A stretch of DNA of 64,000 nucleotides from Eledone cirrhosa (lineage: Eukaryota): positions 28,768,001-28,832,000 of the forward strand of contig OZ024747.1 of NCBI GenBank assembly GCA_964016885.1, written 5' to 3'. The notes under the pieces are model-generated. The model searched no databases. It was not told where the DNA came from and saw only the letters and a list, made by a program, of their open reading frames with translations. The translations under genes and the position numbers were made by a program. This document shows positions 1 to 15,000 of the stretch, piece after piece; position 1 is the stretch's first letter, and the number at the start of each line of letters is the position of its first letter.

Positions 1-3000
1 ACAACATGGAACTACAGTGGCAGGCAGAACAGTATTGTAGATGTAAAACTGAAAACATGATACTACAGTGGTAGACAGAACAGTATTGTAGATGTAAAAT
101 TGACAACATGGTACTACAGTGGCAGACAAAACAGTATTATAAATGTGAAACTGACAACATGGTACTACAGTGGCAGACAGAACAGTATTGTAGATGTAAA
201 ACTGACAACATGGTACAACGGTGGCAGACAGAACAGTATTGTAGATGTAAAACTGACAACATGATACTACAGTGGCAGACAGAACAGTATTGTAGATGTA
301 AAACTGAAAACATGGTACTACAGTGGCAGACAGAACAGTATTGTAGATGTAAAACTGACAACATGGTACTACAGTGGCAGACAGAACAGTATTGTAGATG
401 TAAAACTGACAACATGGTACTACAGTGGCAGACAGAACAGTATTGTAGATGTAAAACTGACAACATGGTACTACAGTGGCAGACAGAACAGTATTGTAGA
501 TGTAAAATTCGACAACATGGTACTACAGTGGCAGACAGAACAGTATTGAAGATGTAAAACTGACAACATGATACTACAGTGGTAGACAGAACAGTATTAT
601 AGATGTAAAACTGACAACATGGTACTACAGTGGCAGACAGAACAGTATTGTAGATGTAAAACTGACAACATGGTACTACAGTGGCAGACAGAACAGTATT
701 GAAGATGTAAAACAGACAACATGATACTACAGTGGCAAACAGAACAGTATTGTAGATGTAAAACTGACAACATGGTACTACAGTGGTAGACAGAACAGTA
801 TTATAGATGTAAAACTGACAATATGGTACTACAGTGGCAGACAGAACAGTATTGTAGATGTAAAACTGACTACATAGTACTACAGTGGCAGACAAAACAG
901 TATTTTAGATGTAAAATTGACAACATGCTACTACAGTGGTAGACAGAACTATATTGTAGATGTAAAACTGACAACATGATACTACAGTGGCAGACAGAAC
1001 AGTATTGTAGATGTAAAACTGACAACATGACACTACAGTGGTAGACAGAACAGTATTGTAGATGTAAAACTGAGAACATGGTGCTACAGTGGCAGACAGA
1101 ACAGTATTGTAGATGTAAAACTGACAACATGATAATACAGTGGTAGACAGAACAGTATTGTAGATGTAAAACTGACAACATGGTAGTACAGTGGCAGACA
1201 GAACAGTATTGTAGATGTAAAACTGACAATATGGTACTATAGTGGCAAAGAGAACAGTATTGTAGATGTAAAACTGACAACATGGTACTACAGTGGCAGA
1301 CAGAACAGTACTGTAGATGTAAAACTGACAACATGGTACTACAGTGGCAGACAGAACAGTACTGTAGATGTAAAACTGACAACATGGTACTACAGTGGTA
1401 GACAGAACAGTATTGTAGATGTAAAACTGACAACATGGTACTACAGTGGTACACAGAACAGTATTGTAGATGTAAAACTGACAACATGGTACTAAAGTGG
1501 TAGACAGCCAACTACTGTAGATGTAAAACTGCCAACATGGTACTACAGTGGCAGACAGAACAGTATTGTAGATGTAAAATTGACAACATGGTACTACAGT
1601 GGCAGACAGAACAGTATTGTAGATGTAAAACTGACAACATGGTACTACAGTGGTAGACAGAATAGTATTGTAGATGTAAAATTGACAACATGGTACTACA
1701 GTGGCAGACAGAACAGTATTGTAGATGTAAAACTGACAACATGATACTAAAGTGGTAGACAGAACAGTATTGTAGATGTAAAATTAACAACATGGTACTA
1801 CATTGGCAGACAGAACAGTATTGTAGATGTAAAACTGACAACATGGTACTACAGTGGCAGACAGAACAGTATTGTAGATGTAAAACTGACAACATGGTAC
1901 TACAGTGGCAGACAGAACAGTATTGTAGATGTAAAACTGACAACATGGTACTACAGTGGCAGACAGAATAGTATTGTAGATGTAAAACTGACAACATGAT
2001 ACTACAGTGGTAGACAGAACAATATTGTAGATGTAAAACTAACAACATAGTACTTCAGTGGCAGACAGAACAGTATTGTAGATGTAAAACTGACAACATG
2101 GTACTACAGTGGCAGGGAGAACAGTATTGTAGATGTAAAATTGACAACATGGTACTACAGTGGCAGACAGAACAGCATTGTAGATGTAAAACTGACAACA
2201 TGATACTACAGTGGCAGACAGAACAGTATTGTAGATGTAAAACTGACAGCATGGTACTACAGTGGCAGACAGAACAGTATTGTAGATGTAAAACTGACAA
2301 CATGGTACTACAGTGGCAGACGGAACAGTATTGTAGATGTAAAACTGACAACATGGTACTACAGTGGCAGACAGAACAGTATTGTAGATGTAAAACTGAC
2401 AACATGGTACTACAGTGGCAGACAGAACAGTATTGTAGATGTAAAATTCGACAACATGGTACTACAGTGGCAGACAGAACAGTATTGAAGATGTAAAACT
2501 GACAACATGATACTACAGTGGTAGAGAGAACAGTATTATAGATGTAAAACTGACAACATGGTACTACAGTGGCAGACAGAACAGTATTATAAATGTGAAA
2601 CTGACAACATGGTACTACAGTGGCAGACAGAACAGTATTGTAGATGTAAAACTGACAACATGGTACTACAGTGGCAGACAGAACAGTATTGTAGATCTAA
2701 AACTGACAACATGATACTACAGTGGCAGACAGAATAGTATTGTAGATGTAAAACTGACAACATGGTACTACAGTGGCAGACAGTACAATATTGCAGATGT
2801 AAAACTGACAACATGGTACTACAGTGGCAGACAGAACAGTATTGTAGATGTAAAACTGACAACATGGTACTATAGTGGCAGGCAGAACAGTATTGTAGAT
2901 GTAAAACTGAAAACATGATACTACAGTGGTAGACAGAACAGTATTGTAGATGTAAAATTGACAACATGGTACTACAGTGGCAGACAGAATAGTATTGTCG

Positions 3001-6000
3001 ATGTAAAATTGACAACATGGTACTACAGTGGCAGACAGAACAGTACTGTAGATGTAAAACTGACAACATGGTACTACAGTGGTAGACAGAATAGTATTGT
3101 AGATGTAAAACTGACAACATGGTACTACAGTGGTACACAGAACAGTATTGTAGATGTAAAACTGACAACATGGTACTAAAGTGGTAGACAGACAACTACT
3201 GTAGATGTAAAATTGACAACATGGTACTACAGTGGTAGACAGAACAGTATTGTAGATGTAAAACTGACAACATGATACTACAGTGGTAGACAGAAAAGTA
3301 CTGTAGATGTACAACTGACAACATGGTACTACATTGGCAGACAGAACAGTATTGTAGATGTAAAACTGACAACATGGTACTACAGTGGCAGACAAAACAG
3401 TACTGTAGATGTAAAACTGACAACATGGTACTACAGTGGCAGACAGAATAGTATTGTAGATGTAAAACTGACAACATGATACTACAGTGGTAGACAGAAC
3501 AATATTGTAGATGTAAAACTAACAACATAGTACTTCAGTGGTAGACAGAACACTCTTGTAGATGTAAAACTGACAACATGGTACTACAGTGGCAGACAGA
3601 ACAGTATTGTAGATGTAAAACTGACAAATAGTACTACAGTGGCAGACAGAACAGTTTTTTAGATGTAAAACTGACAACATGGTACTACAGTGGCAGACAG
3701 TACAATATTGCAGATGTAAAACTGACAACATGGTACTACAGTGGCAGACAGAACAGTATTGTAGATGTAAAACTGACAACATGGTACTACAGTGGCAGGC
3801 AGAACAGTATTGTAGATGTAAAACTGAAAACATGATACTACAGTGGTAGACAGAACAGTATTGTAGATGTAAAATTGACAACATGGTACTACAGTGGCAG
3901 GCAGAATAGTATTGTAGATGTAAAATTGACAACATGGTACTACAGTGGCAGACAGAACAGTATTGTAGATGTAAAACTGACAACATGATACTACAGTGGC
4001 AGACAGAACAGTATTGTAGATGTAAAACTGACAACATGGTACTACAGTGGCAGACAGAACAGTATTGTAGATGTAAAACTGACAACATGGTACTACAGTG
4101 GCAGACAGAACAGTATTGTAGATGTAAAACTGACAACATGGTGCTACAGTGGCAGACAGAACAGTATTGTAGATGTAAAACTGACAACATGATACTACAG
4201 TGGCAGACAGAACAGTATTGTAGATGTAAAATTCGACAACATGGTACTACAGTGGCAGACAGAACAGTATTGAAGATGTAAAACTGACAACATGATACTA
4301 CAGTGGTAGACAGAACAGTATTATAGATGTAAAACTGACAACATGGTACTACAGTGGCAGACAGAACAGTATTATAAATGTGAAACTGACAACATGGTAC
4401 TACAGTGGCAGACAGAACAGTATTGTAGATGTAAAACTGACAACATGGTACAACAGTGGCAGACAGAACAGTATTGTAGATGTAAAACTGACAACATGAT
4501 ACTACAGTGGCTGACAGAACAGTATTGTAGATGTAAAACTGACAACATGGTACTACAGTGGCAGACAGAACAGTATTGTAGATGTAAAACTGACAACGTG
4601 GTACTACAGTGGTAGACAGAACAGTATTGTAGATGTAAAACTGACAACATGGTACTACAGTGGCAGACAGAACAGTATTGTAGATGTAAAACTGACAACA
4701 TGGTACTACAGTGGCAGACAGAACAGTATTGTAGATGTAAAATTCGACAACATGGTACTACAGTGGCAGATAGAAAAGTATTGAAGATGTAAAATTGACA
4801 ACATGGTACTACAGTGGTAGACAGAACAATATTGTAGATGTAAAACTGACAACATGATACTACAGTGGCAGACAGAACAGTATTGTAGATGTAAAACTGA
4901 CAACATGGTACTACAGTGGCAGACAGAACAGTACTGTAGATGTAAAACTGACAACATGGTACTACAGTGGCAGACAGAACAGTACTGTAGATGTAAAACT
5001 GACAACATGGTACTACAGTGGTAGACAGAACAGTATTGTAGATGTAAAACTGACAACATGGTACTACAGTGGTACACAGAACAGTATTGTAGATGTAAAA
5101 CTGACAACATGGTACTAAAGTGGTAGACAGACAACTACTGTAGATGTAAAACTGCCAACATGGTACTACAGTGGCAGACAGAACAGTATTGTAGATGTAA
5201 AATTGACAACATGGTACTACAGTGGCAGACAGAACAGTACAGTAGATGTAAAACTGACAACATGGTACTACAGTGGTAGACAGAATAGTATTGTAGATGT
5301 AAAATTGACAACATGGTACTGCAGTGGCAGACAGAACAGTATTGTAGATGTAAAACTGACAACATGATACTAAAGTGGTAGACAGAACAGTATTGTAGAT
5401 GTAAAATTGACAACATGGTACTACATTGGCAGACAGAACAGTATTGTAGATGTAAAACTGACAACATGGTACTACAGTGGCAGACAGAACAGTATTGTAG
5501 ATGTAAAACTGACAACATGGTACTACAGTGGCAGACAGAGTAGTATTGTAGATGTAAAACTGACAACATGATACTACAGTGGTAGACAGAACAATATTGT
5601 AGATGTAAAACTAACAACATAGTACTTCAGTGGTAGACAGAACACTCTTGTAGATGTAAAACTGACAACATGGTACTACAGTGGCAGACAGAATAGTATT
5701 GTAGATGTAAAATTGACAACATGGTACTACAGTGGCAGACAGAACAGTATTGTAGATGTAAAACTGACAACATGATACTACAGTGGCAGACAGAACAGTA
5801 TTGTAGATGTAAAACTGACAACATGGTACTACAGTGGCAGACAGAACAGTATTGTAGATGTAAAACTGACAACATGGTACTACAGTGGCAGACAGAACAG
5901 TATTGTAGATGTAAAACTGACAACATGGTACTACAGTGGCAGACAGAACAGTATTGTAGATGTAAAACTGACAACATGGTACTACAGTGGCAGACAGAAC

Positions 6001-9000
6001 AGTATTGTAGATGTAAAATTCGACAACATGGTACTACAGTGGCAGACAGAACAGTATTGAAGATGTAAAACTGACAACATGATACTACAGTGGTAGACAG
6101 AACAGTATTATAGATGTAAAACTGACAACATGGTACTACAGTGGCAGACAGAACAGTATTATAAATGTGAAACTGACAACATGGTACTACAGTGGCAGAC
6201 AGAACAGTATTGTAGATGTAAAACTGACAACATGGTACAACGGTGGCAGACAGAACAGTATTGTAGATGTAAAACTGACAACATGATACTACAGTGGCAG
6301 ACAGAACAGTATTGTAGATGTAAAACTGAAAACATGGTACTACAGTGGCAGACAGAACAGTATTGTAGATGTAAAACTGACAACATGGTACTACAGTGGC
6401 AGACAGAACAGTATTGTAGATGTAAAACTGACAACATGGTACTACAGTGGCAGACAGAACAGTATTGTAGATGTAAAACTGACAACATGGTACTACAGTG
6501 GTAGACAGAACAGTATTATAGATGTAAGACTGACAATATGGTACTACAGTTGCAGACAGAACAGTATTGTAGATGTAAAACTGACTACATAGTACTACAG
6601 TGGCAGACAAAACAGTATTTTAGACGTAAAATTGACAACATGGTACTACAGTGGTAGACAGAACTATATTGTAGATGTAAAACTGACAACATGATACTAC
6701 AGTGGCAGACAGAACAGTATTGTAGATGTAAAACTGACAACATTACACTACAGTGGTAGACAGAACAGTATTGTAGATGTAAAACTGAGAACATGGTGCT
6801 ACAGTGGCAGACAGAACAGTATTGTAGATGTAAAACTGACAACATGGTACTACAGTGGCAGACAGAACAGTATTGTAGATGTAAAACTGACAACATGGTA
6901 CTACAGTGGTAGACAGAACAGTATTGTAGATGTAAAACTGACAACATGGTACTACAGTGGTACACAGAACAGTATTGTAGATGTAAAACTGACAACATGG
7001 TACTAAAGTGGTAGACAGACAACTACTGTAGATGTAAAACTGCCAACATGGTACTACAGTGGCAGACAGAACAGTATTGTAGATGTAAAATTGACAACAT
7101 GGTACTACAGTGGCAGACAGAACAGTACTGTAGATGTAAAACTGACAACATGGTACTACAGTGGTAGACAGAATAGTATTGTAGATGTAAAATTGACAAC
7201 ATGGTACTACAGTGGCAGACAGAACAGTATTGTAGATGTAAAACTGACAACATGGTACTACAGTGGCAGACAGAACAGTATTGTAGATATAAAACTGACA
7301 AATAGTACTACAGTGGCAGACAGAACAGTATTGTAGATGTAAAACTGACAACATGGTACTACAGTGGCAGACAGAACAGTATTGTAGATGTAAAATTCGA
7401 CAACATGGTACTACAGTGGCAGACAGAACAGTATTGAAGATGTAAAACTGACAACATGATACTACAGTGGTAGACAGAACAGTATTATAGATGTAAAACT
7501 GACAACATGGTACTACAGTGGCAGACAGAACAGTATTATAAATGTGAAACTGACAACATGGTACTACAGTGGCAGACAGAACAGTATTGTAGATGTAAAA
7601 CTGACAACATGGTACAACAGTGGCAGACAGAACAGTATTGTAGATGTAAAACTGACAACATGATACTACAGTGGCAGACAGAACAGTATTGTAGATGTAA
7701 AACTGACAACATGGTACTACAGTGGCAGACAGAACAGTATTGTAGATGTAAAACTGACAACATGTTACTACAGTGGTACACAGAACAGTATTGTAGATGT
7801 AAAACTGACAACATGGTACTAAAGTGGTAGACAGACAACTACTGTAGATGTAAAACTGCCAACATGGTACTACAGTGGCAGACAGAACAGTATTGTAGAT
7901 GTAAAATTGACAACATGGTACTACAGTGGCAGACAGAACAGTACAGTAGATGTAAAACTGACAACATGGTACTACAGTGGTAGACAGAATAGTATTGTAG
8001 ATGTAAAATTGACAACATGGTACTGCAGTGGCAGATAGAACAGTATTGTAGATGTAAAACTGACAACATGATACTAAAGTGGTAGACTGAACAGTATTGT
8101 AGATGTAAAATTGACAACATGGTACTACATTGGCAGACAGAACAGTATCGTAGATGTAAAACTGACAACATGGTACTACAGTGGCAGACAGAACAGTATT
8201 GTAGATGTAAAACTGACAACATGGTACTACAGTGGCAGACAGAGTAGTATTGTAGATGTAAAACTGACAACATGATACTACAGTGGTAGACAGAACAATA
8301 TTGTAGATGTAAAACTAACAACATAGTACTTCAGTGGTAGACAGAACACTCTTGTAGATGTAAAACTGACAACATGGTACTACAGTGGCAGACAGAACAG
8401 TATTGTAGATGTAAAACTGACAAATAGTACTACAGTGGCAGACAGAACAGTATTTTAGATGTAAAACTGACAACATGGTACTACAGTGGCAGACAGTACA
8501 ATATTGCAGATGTAAAACTGACAACATGGTACTACAGTGGCAGACAGAACAGTATTATAGATGTAAAACTGACAACATGGTACTACAGTGGCAGGCAGAA
8601 CAGTATTGTAGATGTAAAACTGAAAACATGATACTACAGTGGTAGACAGAACAGTATTGTAGATGTAAAATTGACAACAATGGTACTACAGTGGCAGACA
8701 GAATAGTATTGTAGATGTAAAATTGACAACATGGTACTACAGTGGCAGACAGAACAGTATTGTAGATGTAAAACTGACAACATGATACTACAGTGGCAGA
8801 CAGAACAGTATTGTAGATGTAAAACTGACAACATGGTACTACAGTGGCAGACAGAACAGTATTGTAGATGTAAAACTGACAACATGGTACTACAGTGGCA
8901 GACAGAACAGTATTGTAGATGTAAAACTGACAACATGGTACTACAGTGGCACACAGAATAGTATTGTAGATGTAAAACTGACAACATGATACTACAGTGG

Positions 9001-12000
9001 TAGACAGAACAATATTGTAGATGTAAAACTAACAACATAGTACTTCAGTGGTAGACAGAACACTCTTGTAGATGTAAAACTGACAACATGGTACTACAGT
9101 GGCAGACAGAACAGTATTGTAGATATAAAACTGACAAATAGTACTACAGTGGCAGACAGAACAGTATTGTAGATGTAAAATTCGACAACATGGTACTACA
9201 GTGGCAGACAGAACAGTATTGAAGATGTAAAACTGACAACATGATAGTACAGTGGTAGAGAGAACAGTATTATAGATGTAAAACTGACAACATGGTACTA
9301 CAGTGGCAGACAGAACAGTATTATAAATGTGAAACTGACAACATGGTACTACAGTGGCAGACAGAACAGTATTGTAGATGTAAAACTGACAACATGGTAC
9401 TACAGTGGCAGACAGAACAGTATTGTAGATCTAAAACTGACAACATGATACTACAGTGGCAGACAGAATAGTATTGTAGATGTAAAACTGACACCATGGT
9501 ACTACAGTGGCAGACAGTACAATATTGCAGATGTAAAACTGACAACATGGTACTACAGTGGCAGACAGAACAGTATTGTAGATGTAAAACTGACAACATG
9601 GTACTATAGTGGCAGGCAGAACAGTATTGTAGATGTAAAACTGAAAACATGATACTACAGTGGTAGACAGAACAGTATTGTAGATGTAAAATTGACAACA
9701 TGGTACTACAGTGGCAGACAGAATAGTATTGTAGATGTAAAATTGACAACATGGTACTACAGTGGCAGACAGAACAGTATTGTAGATGTAAAACTGACAA
9801 CATGATACTACAGTGGCAGACAGAACAGTATTGTAGATGTAAAACTGACAACATGGTACTACAGTGGCAGACAGAACAGTATTGTAGATGTAAAACTGAC
9901 AACATGGTACTGCAGTGGCAGACAGAACAGTATTGTAGATGTAAAACTGACAACAAGGTACTACAGTGGCAGACAGAACAGTATTGTAGATGTAAAACTG
10001 ACAACATGGTACTACAGTGGCAGACAGAACAGTATTGTAGATGTAAAATTCGACAACATGGTACTACAGTGGCAGACAGAACAGTATTGAAGATGTAAAA
10101 CTGACAACATGATACTACAGTGGTAGACAGAACAGTATTATAGATGTAAAACTGACAACATGGTACTACAGTGGCAGACAGAACAGTATTATAAATGTGA
10201 AACTGACAACATGGTACTACAGTGGCAGACAGAACAGTATTGTAGATGTAAAACTGACAACATGGTACAACAGTGGCAGACAGAACAGTATTGTAGATGT
10301 AAAACTGACAACATGATACTACAGTGGCAGACAGAACAGTATTGTAGATGTAAAACTGACAACATGGTACTACAGTGGCAGACAGAACAGTATTGTAGAT
10401 GTAAAACTGACAACATGTTACTACAGTGGTACACAGAACAGTATTGTAGATGTAAAACTGACAACATGGTACTAAAGTGGTAGACAGACAACTACTGTAG
10501 ATGTAAAACTGCCAACATGGTACTACAGTGGCAGACAGAACAGTATTGTAGATGTAAAATTGACAACATGGTACTACAGTGGCAGACAGAACAGTACAGT
10601 AGATGTAAAACTGACAACATGGTACTACAGTGGTAGACAGAATAGTATTGTAGATGTAAAATTGACAACATGGTACTGCAGTGGCAGATAGAACAGTATT
10701 GTAGATGTAAAACTGACAACATGATACTAAAGTGGTAGACTGAACAGTATTGTAGATGTAAAATTGACAACATGGTACTACATTGGCAGACAGAACAGTA
10801 TTGTAGATGTAAAACTGACAACATGGTACTACAGTGGCAGACAGAACAGTATTGTAGATGTAAAACTGACAACATGGTACTACAGTGGCAGACAGAGTAG
10901 TATTGTAGATGTAAAACTGACAACATGATACTACAGTGGTAGACAGAACAATATTGTAGATGTAAAACTAACAACATAGTACTTCAGTGGTAGACAGAAC
11001 ACTCTTGTAGATGTAAAACTGACAACATGGTACTACAGTGGCAGACAGAACAGTATTGTAGATGTAAAACTGACAAATAGTACTACAGTGGCAGACAGAA
11101 CAGTATTTTAGATGTAAAACTGACAACATGGTACTACAGTGGCAGACAGTACAATATTGCAGATGTAAAACTGACAACATGGTACTACAGTGGCAGACAG
11201 AACAGTATTATAGATGTAAAACTGACAACATGGTACTACAGTGGCAGGCAGAACAGTATTGTAGATGTAAAACTGAAAACATGATACTACAGTGGTAGAC
11301 AGAACAGTATTGTAGATGTAAAATTGACAACATGGTACTACAGTGGCAGACAGAATAGTATTGTAGATGTAAAATTGACAACATGGTACTACAGTGGCAG
11401 ACAGAACAGTATTGTAGATGTAAAACTGACAACATGATACTACAGTGGCAGACAGAACAGTATTGTAGATGTAAAACTGACAACATGGTACTACAGTGGC
11501 AGACAGAACAGTATTGTAGATGTAAAACTGACAACATGGTACTGCAGTGGCAGACAGAACAGTATTGTAGATGTAAAACTGACAACATGGTACTACAGTG
11601 GCAGACAGAACAGTATTGTAGATGTAAAACTGACAACATGGTACTACAGTGGCAGACAGAACAGTATTGTAGATGTAAAATTGACAACATGGTACTACAG
11701 TGGCAGACAGAATAGTATTGTAGATGTAAAACTGACAACATGATACTACAGTGGTAGACAGAACAATATTGTAGATGTAAAACTAACAACATAGTACTTC
11801 AGTGGTAGACAGAACACTCTTGTAGATGTAAAACTGACAACATGGTACTACAGTGGCAGACAGAACAGTATTGTAGATATAAAACTGACAAATAGTACTA
11901 CAGTGGCAGACAGAATAGTATTGTAGATGTAAAATTCGACAACATGGTACTACAGTGGCAGACAGAACAGTATTGAAGATGTAAAACTGACAACATGATA

Positions 12001-15000
12001 GTACAGTGGTAGAGAGAACAGTATTATAGATGTAAAACTGACAACATGGTACTACAGTGGCAGACAGAACAGTATTATAAATGTGAAACTGACAACATGG
12101 TACTACAGTGGCAGACAGAACAGTATTGTAGATGTAAAACTGACATGGTACTACAGTGGCAGACAGAACAGTATTGTAGATCTAAAACTGACAACATGAT
12201 ACTACAGTGGCAGACAGAATAGTATTGTAGATGTAAAACTGACACCATGGTACTACAGTGGCAGACAGTACAATATTGCAGATGTAAAACTGACAACATG
12301 GTACTACAGTGGCAGACAGAACAGTATTGTAGATGTAAAACTGACAACATGGTACTATAGTGGCAGGCAGAACAGTATTGTAGATGTAAAACTGAAAACA
12401 TGATACTACAGTGGTAGACAGAACAGTATTGTAGATATAAAATTGACAACATGGTACTACAGTGGCAGACAGAATAGTATTGTAGATGTAAAATTGACAA
12501 CATGGTACTACAGTGGCAGACAGAACAGTATTGTAGATGTAAAACTGACAACATGATACTACAGTGGCAGACAGAACAGTATTGTAGATGTAAAACTGAC
12601 AACATGGTACTACAGTGGCAGACAGAACAGTATTGTAGATGTAAAACTGACAACATGGTACTACAGTGGCAGACAGAACAGTATTGTAGATGTAAAACTG
12701 ACAACAAGGTACTACAGTGGCAGACAGAACAGTATTGTAGATGTAAAACTGACAACATGGTACTACAGTGGCAGACAGAACAGTATTGTAGATGTAAAAT
12801 TCGACAACATGGTACTACAGTGGCAGACAGAACAGTATTGAAGATGTAAAACTGACAACATGATACTACAGTGGTAGACAGAACAGTATTATAGATGTAA
12901 AACTGACAACATGGTACTACAGTGGCAGACAGAACAGTATTATAAATGTGAAACTGACAACATGGTACTACAGTGGCAGACAGAACAGTATTGTAGATGT
13001 AAAACTGACAACATGGTACAACAGTGGCAGACAGAACAGTATTGTAGATGTAAAACTGACAACATGATACTACAGTGGCAGACAGAACAGTATTGTAGAT
13101 GTAAAACTGACAACATGGTACTACAGTGGCAGACAGAGCAGTATTGTAGATGTAAAACTGACAACATGTTACTACAGTGGTACACAGAACAGTATTGTAG
13201 ATGTAAAACTGACAACATGGTACTAAAGTGGTAGACAGACAACTACTGTAGATGTAAAACTGCCAACATGGTACTACAGTGGCAGACAGAACAGTATTGT
13301 AGATGTAAAATTGACAACATGGTACTACAGTGGCAGACAGAACAGTACAGTAGATGTAAAACTGACAACATGGTACTACAGTGGTAGACAGAATAGTATT
13401 GTAGATGTAAAATTGACAACATGGTACTGCAGTGGCAGATAGAACAGTATTGTAGATGTAAAACTGACAACATGATACTAAAGTGGTAGACAGAACAGTA
13501 TTGTAGATGTAAAATTGACAACATGGTACTACATTGGCAGACAGAACAGTATTGTAGATGTAAAACTGACAACATGGTACTACAGTGGCAGACAGAACAG
13601 TATTGTAGATGTAAAACTGACAACATGGTACTACAGTGGCAGACAGAGTAGTATTGTAGATGTAAAACTGACAACATGATACTACAGTGGTAGACAGAAC
13701 AATATTGTAGATGTAAAACTAACAACATAGTACTTCAGTGGTAGACAGAACACTCTTGTAGATGTAAAACTGACAACATGGTACTACAGTGGCAGACAGA
13801 ACAGTATTGTAGATGTAAAACTGACAAATAGTACTACAGTGGCAGACAGAACAGTATTTTAGATGTAAAACTGACAACATGGTACTGCAGTGGCAGACAG
13901 TACAATATTGCAGATGTAAAACTGACAACATGGTACTACAGTGGCAGACAGAACAGTATTGTAGATGTAAAACTGACAACATGGTACTACAGTGGCAGGC
14001 AGAACAGTATTGTAGATGTAAAACTGAAAACATGATACTACAGTGGTAGACAGAACAGTATTGTAGATGTAAAATTGACAACATGGTACTACAGTGGCAG
14101 ACAGAATAGTATTGTAGATGTAAAATTGACAACATGGTACTACAGTGGCAGACAGAACAGTATTGTAGATGTAAAACTGACAACATGATACTACAGTGGC
14201 AGACAGAACAGTATTGTAGATGTAAAACTGACAACATGGTACTACAGTGGCAGACAGAACAGTATTGTAGATGTAAAACTGACAACATGGTACTACAGTG
14301 GCAGACAGAACAGTATTGTAGATGTAAAACTGACAACATGGTACTACAGTGGCAGACAGAACAGTATTGTAGATGTAAAACTGACAACATGGTACTACAG
14401 TGGCAGACAGAACAGTATTGTAGATGTAAAATTCGACAACATGGTACTACAGTGGCAGACAGAACAGTATTGAAGATGTAAAACTGACAACATGATACTA
14501 CAGTGGTAGACAGAACAGTATTATAGATGTAAAACTGACAACATGGTACTACAGTGGCAGACAGAACAGTATTATAAATGTGAAACTGACAACATGGTAC
14601 TACAGTGGCAGACAGAACAGTATTGTAGATGTAAAACTGACAACATGGTACAACGGTGGCAGACAGAACAGTATTGTAGATGTAAAACTGACAACATGAT
14701 ACTACAGTGGCAGACAGAACAGTATTGTAGATGTAAAACTGAAAACATGGTACTACAGTGGCAGACAGAACAGTATTGTAGATGTAAAACTGACAACATG
14801 GTACTACAGTGGCAGACAGAACAGTATTGTAGATGTAAAATTCGACAACATGGTACTACAGTGGCAGACAGAACAGTATTGAAGATGTAAAACTGACAAC
14901 ATGATACTACAGTGGTAGACAGAACAGTATTATAGATGTAAAACTGACAACATGGTACTACAGTGGCAGACAGAACAGTATTATAAATGTGAAACTGACA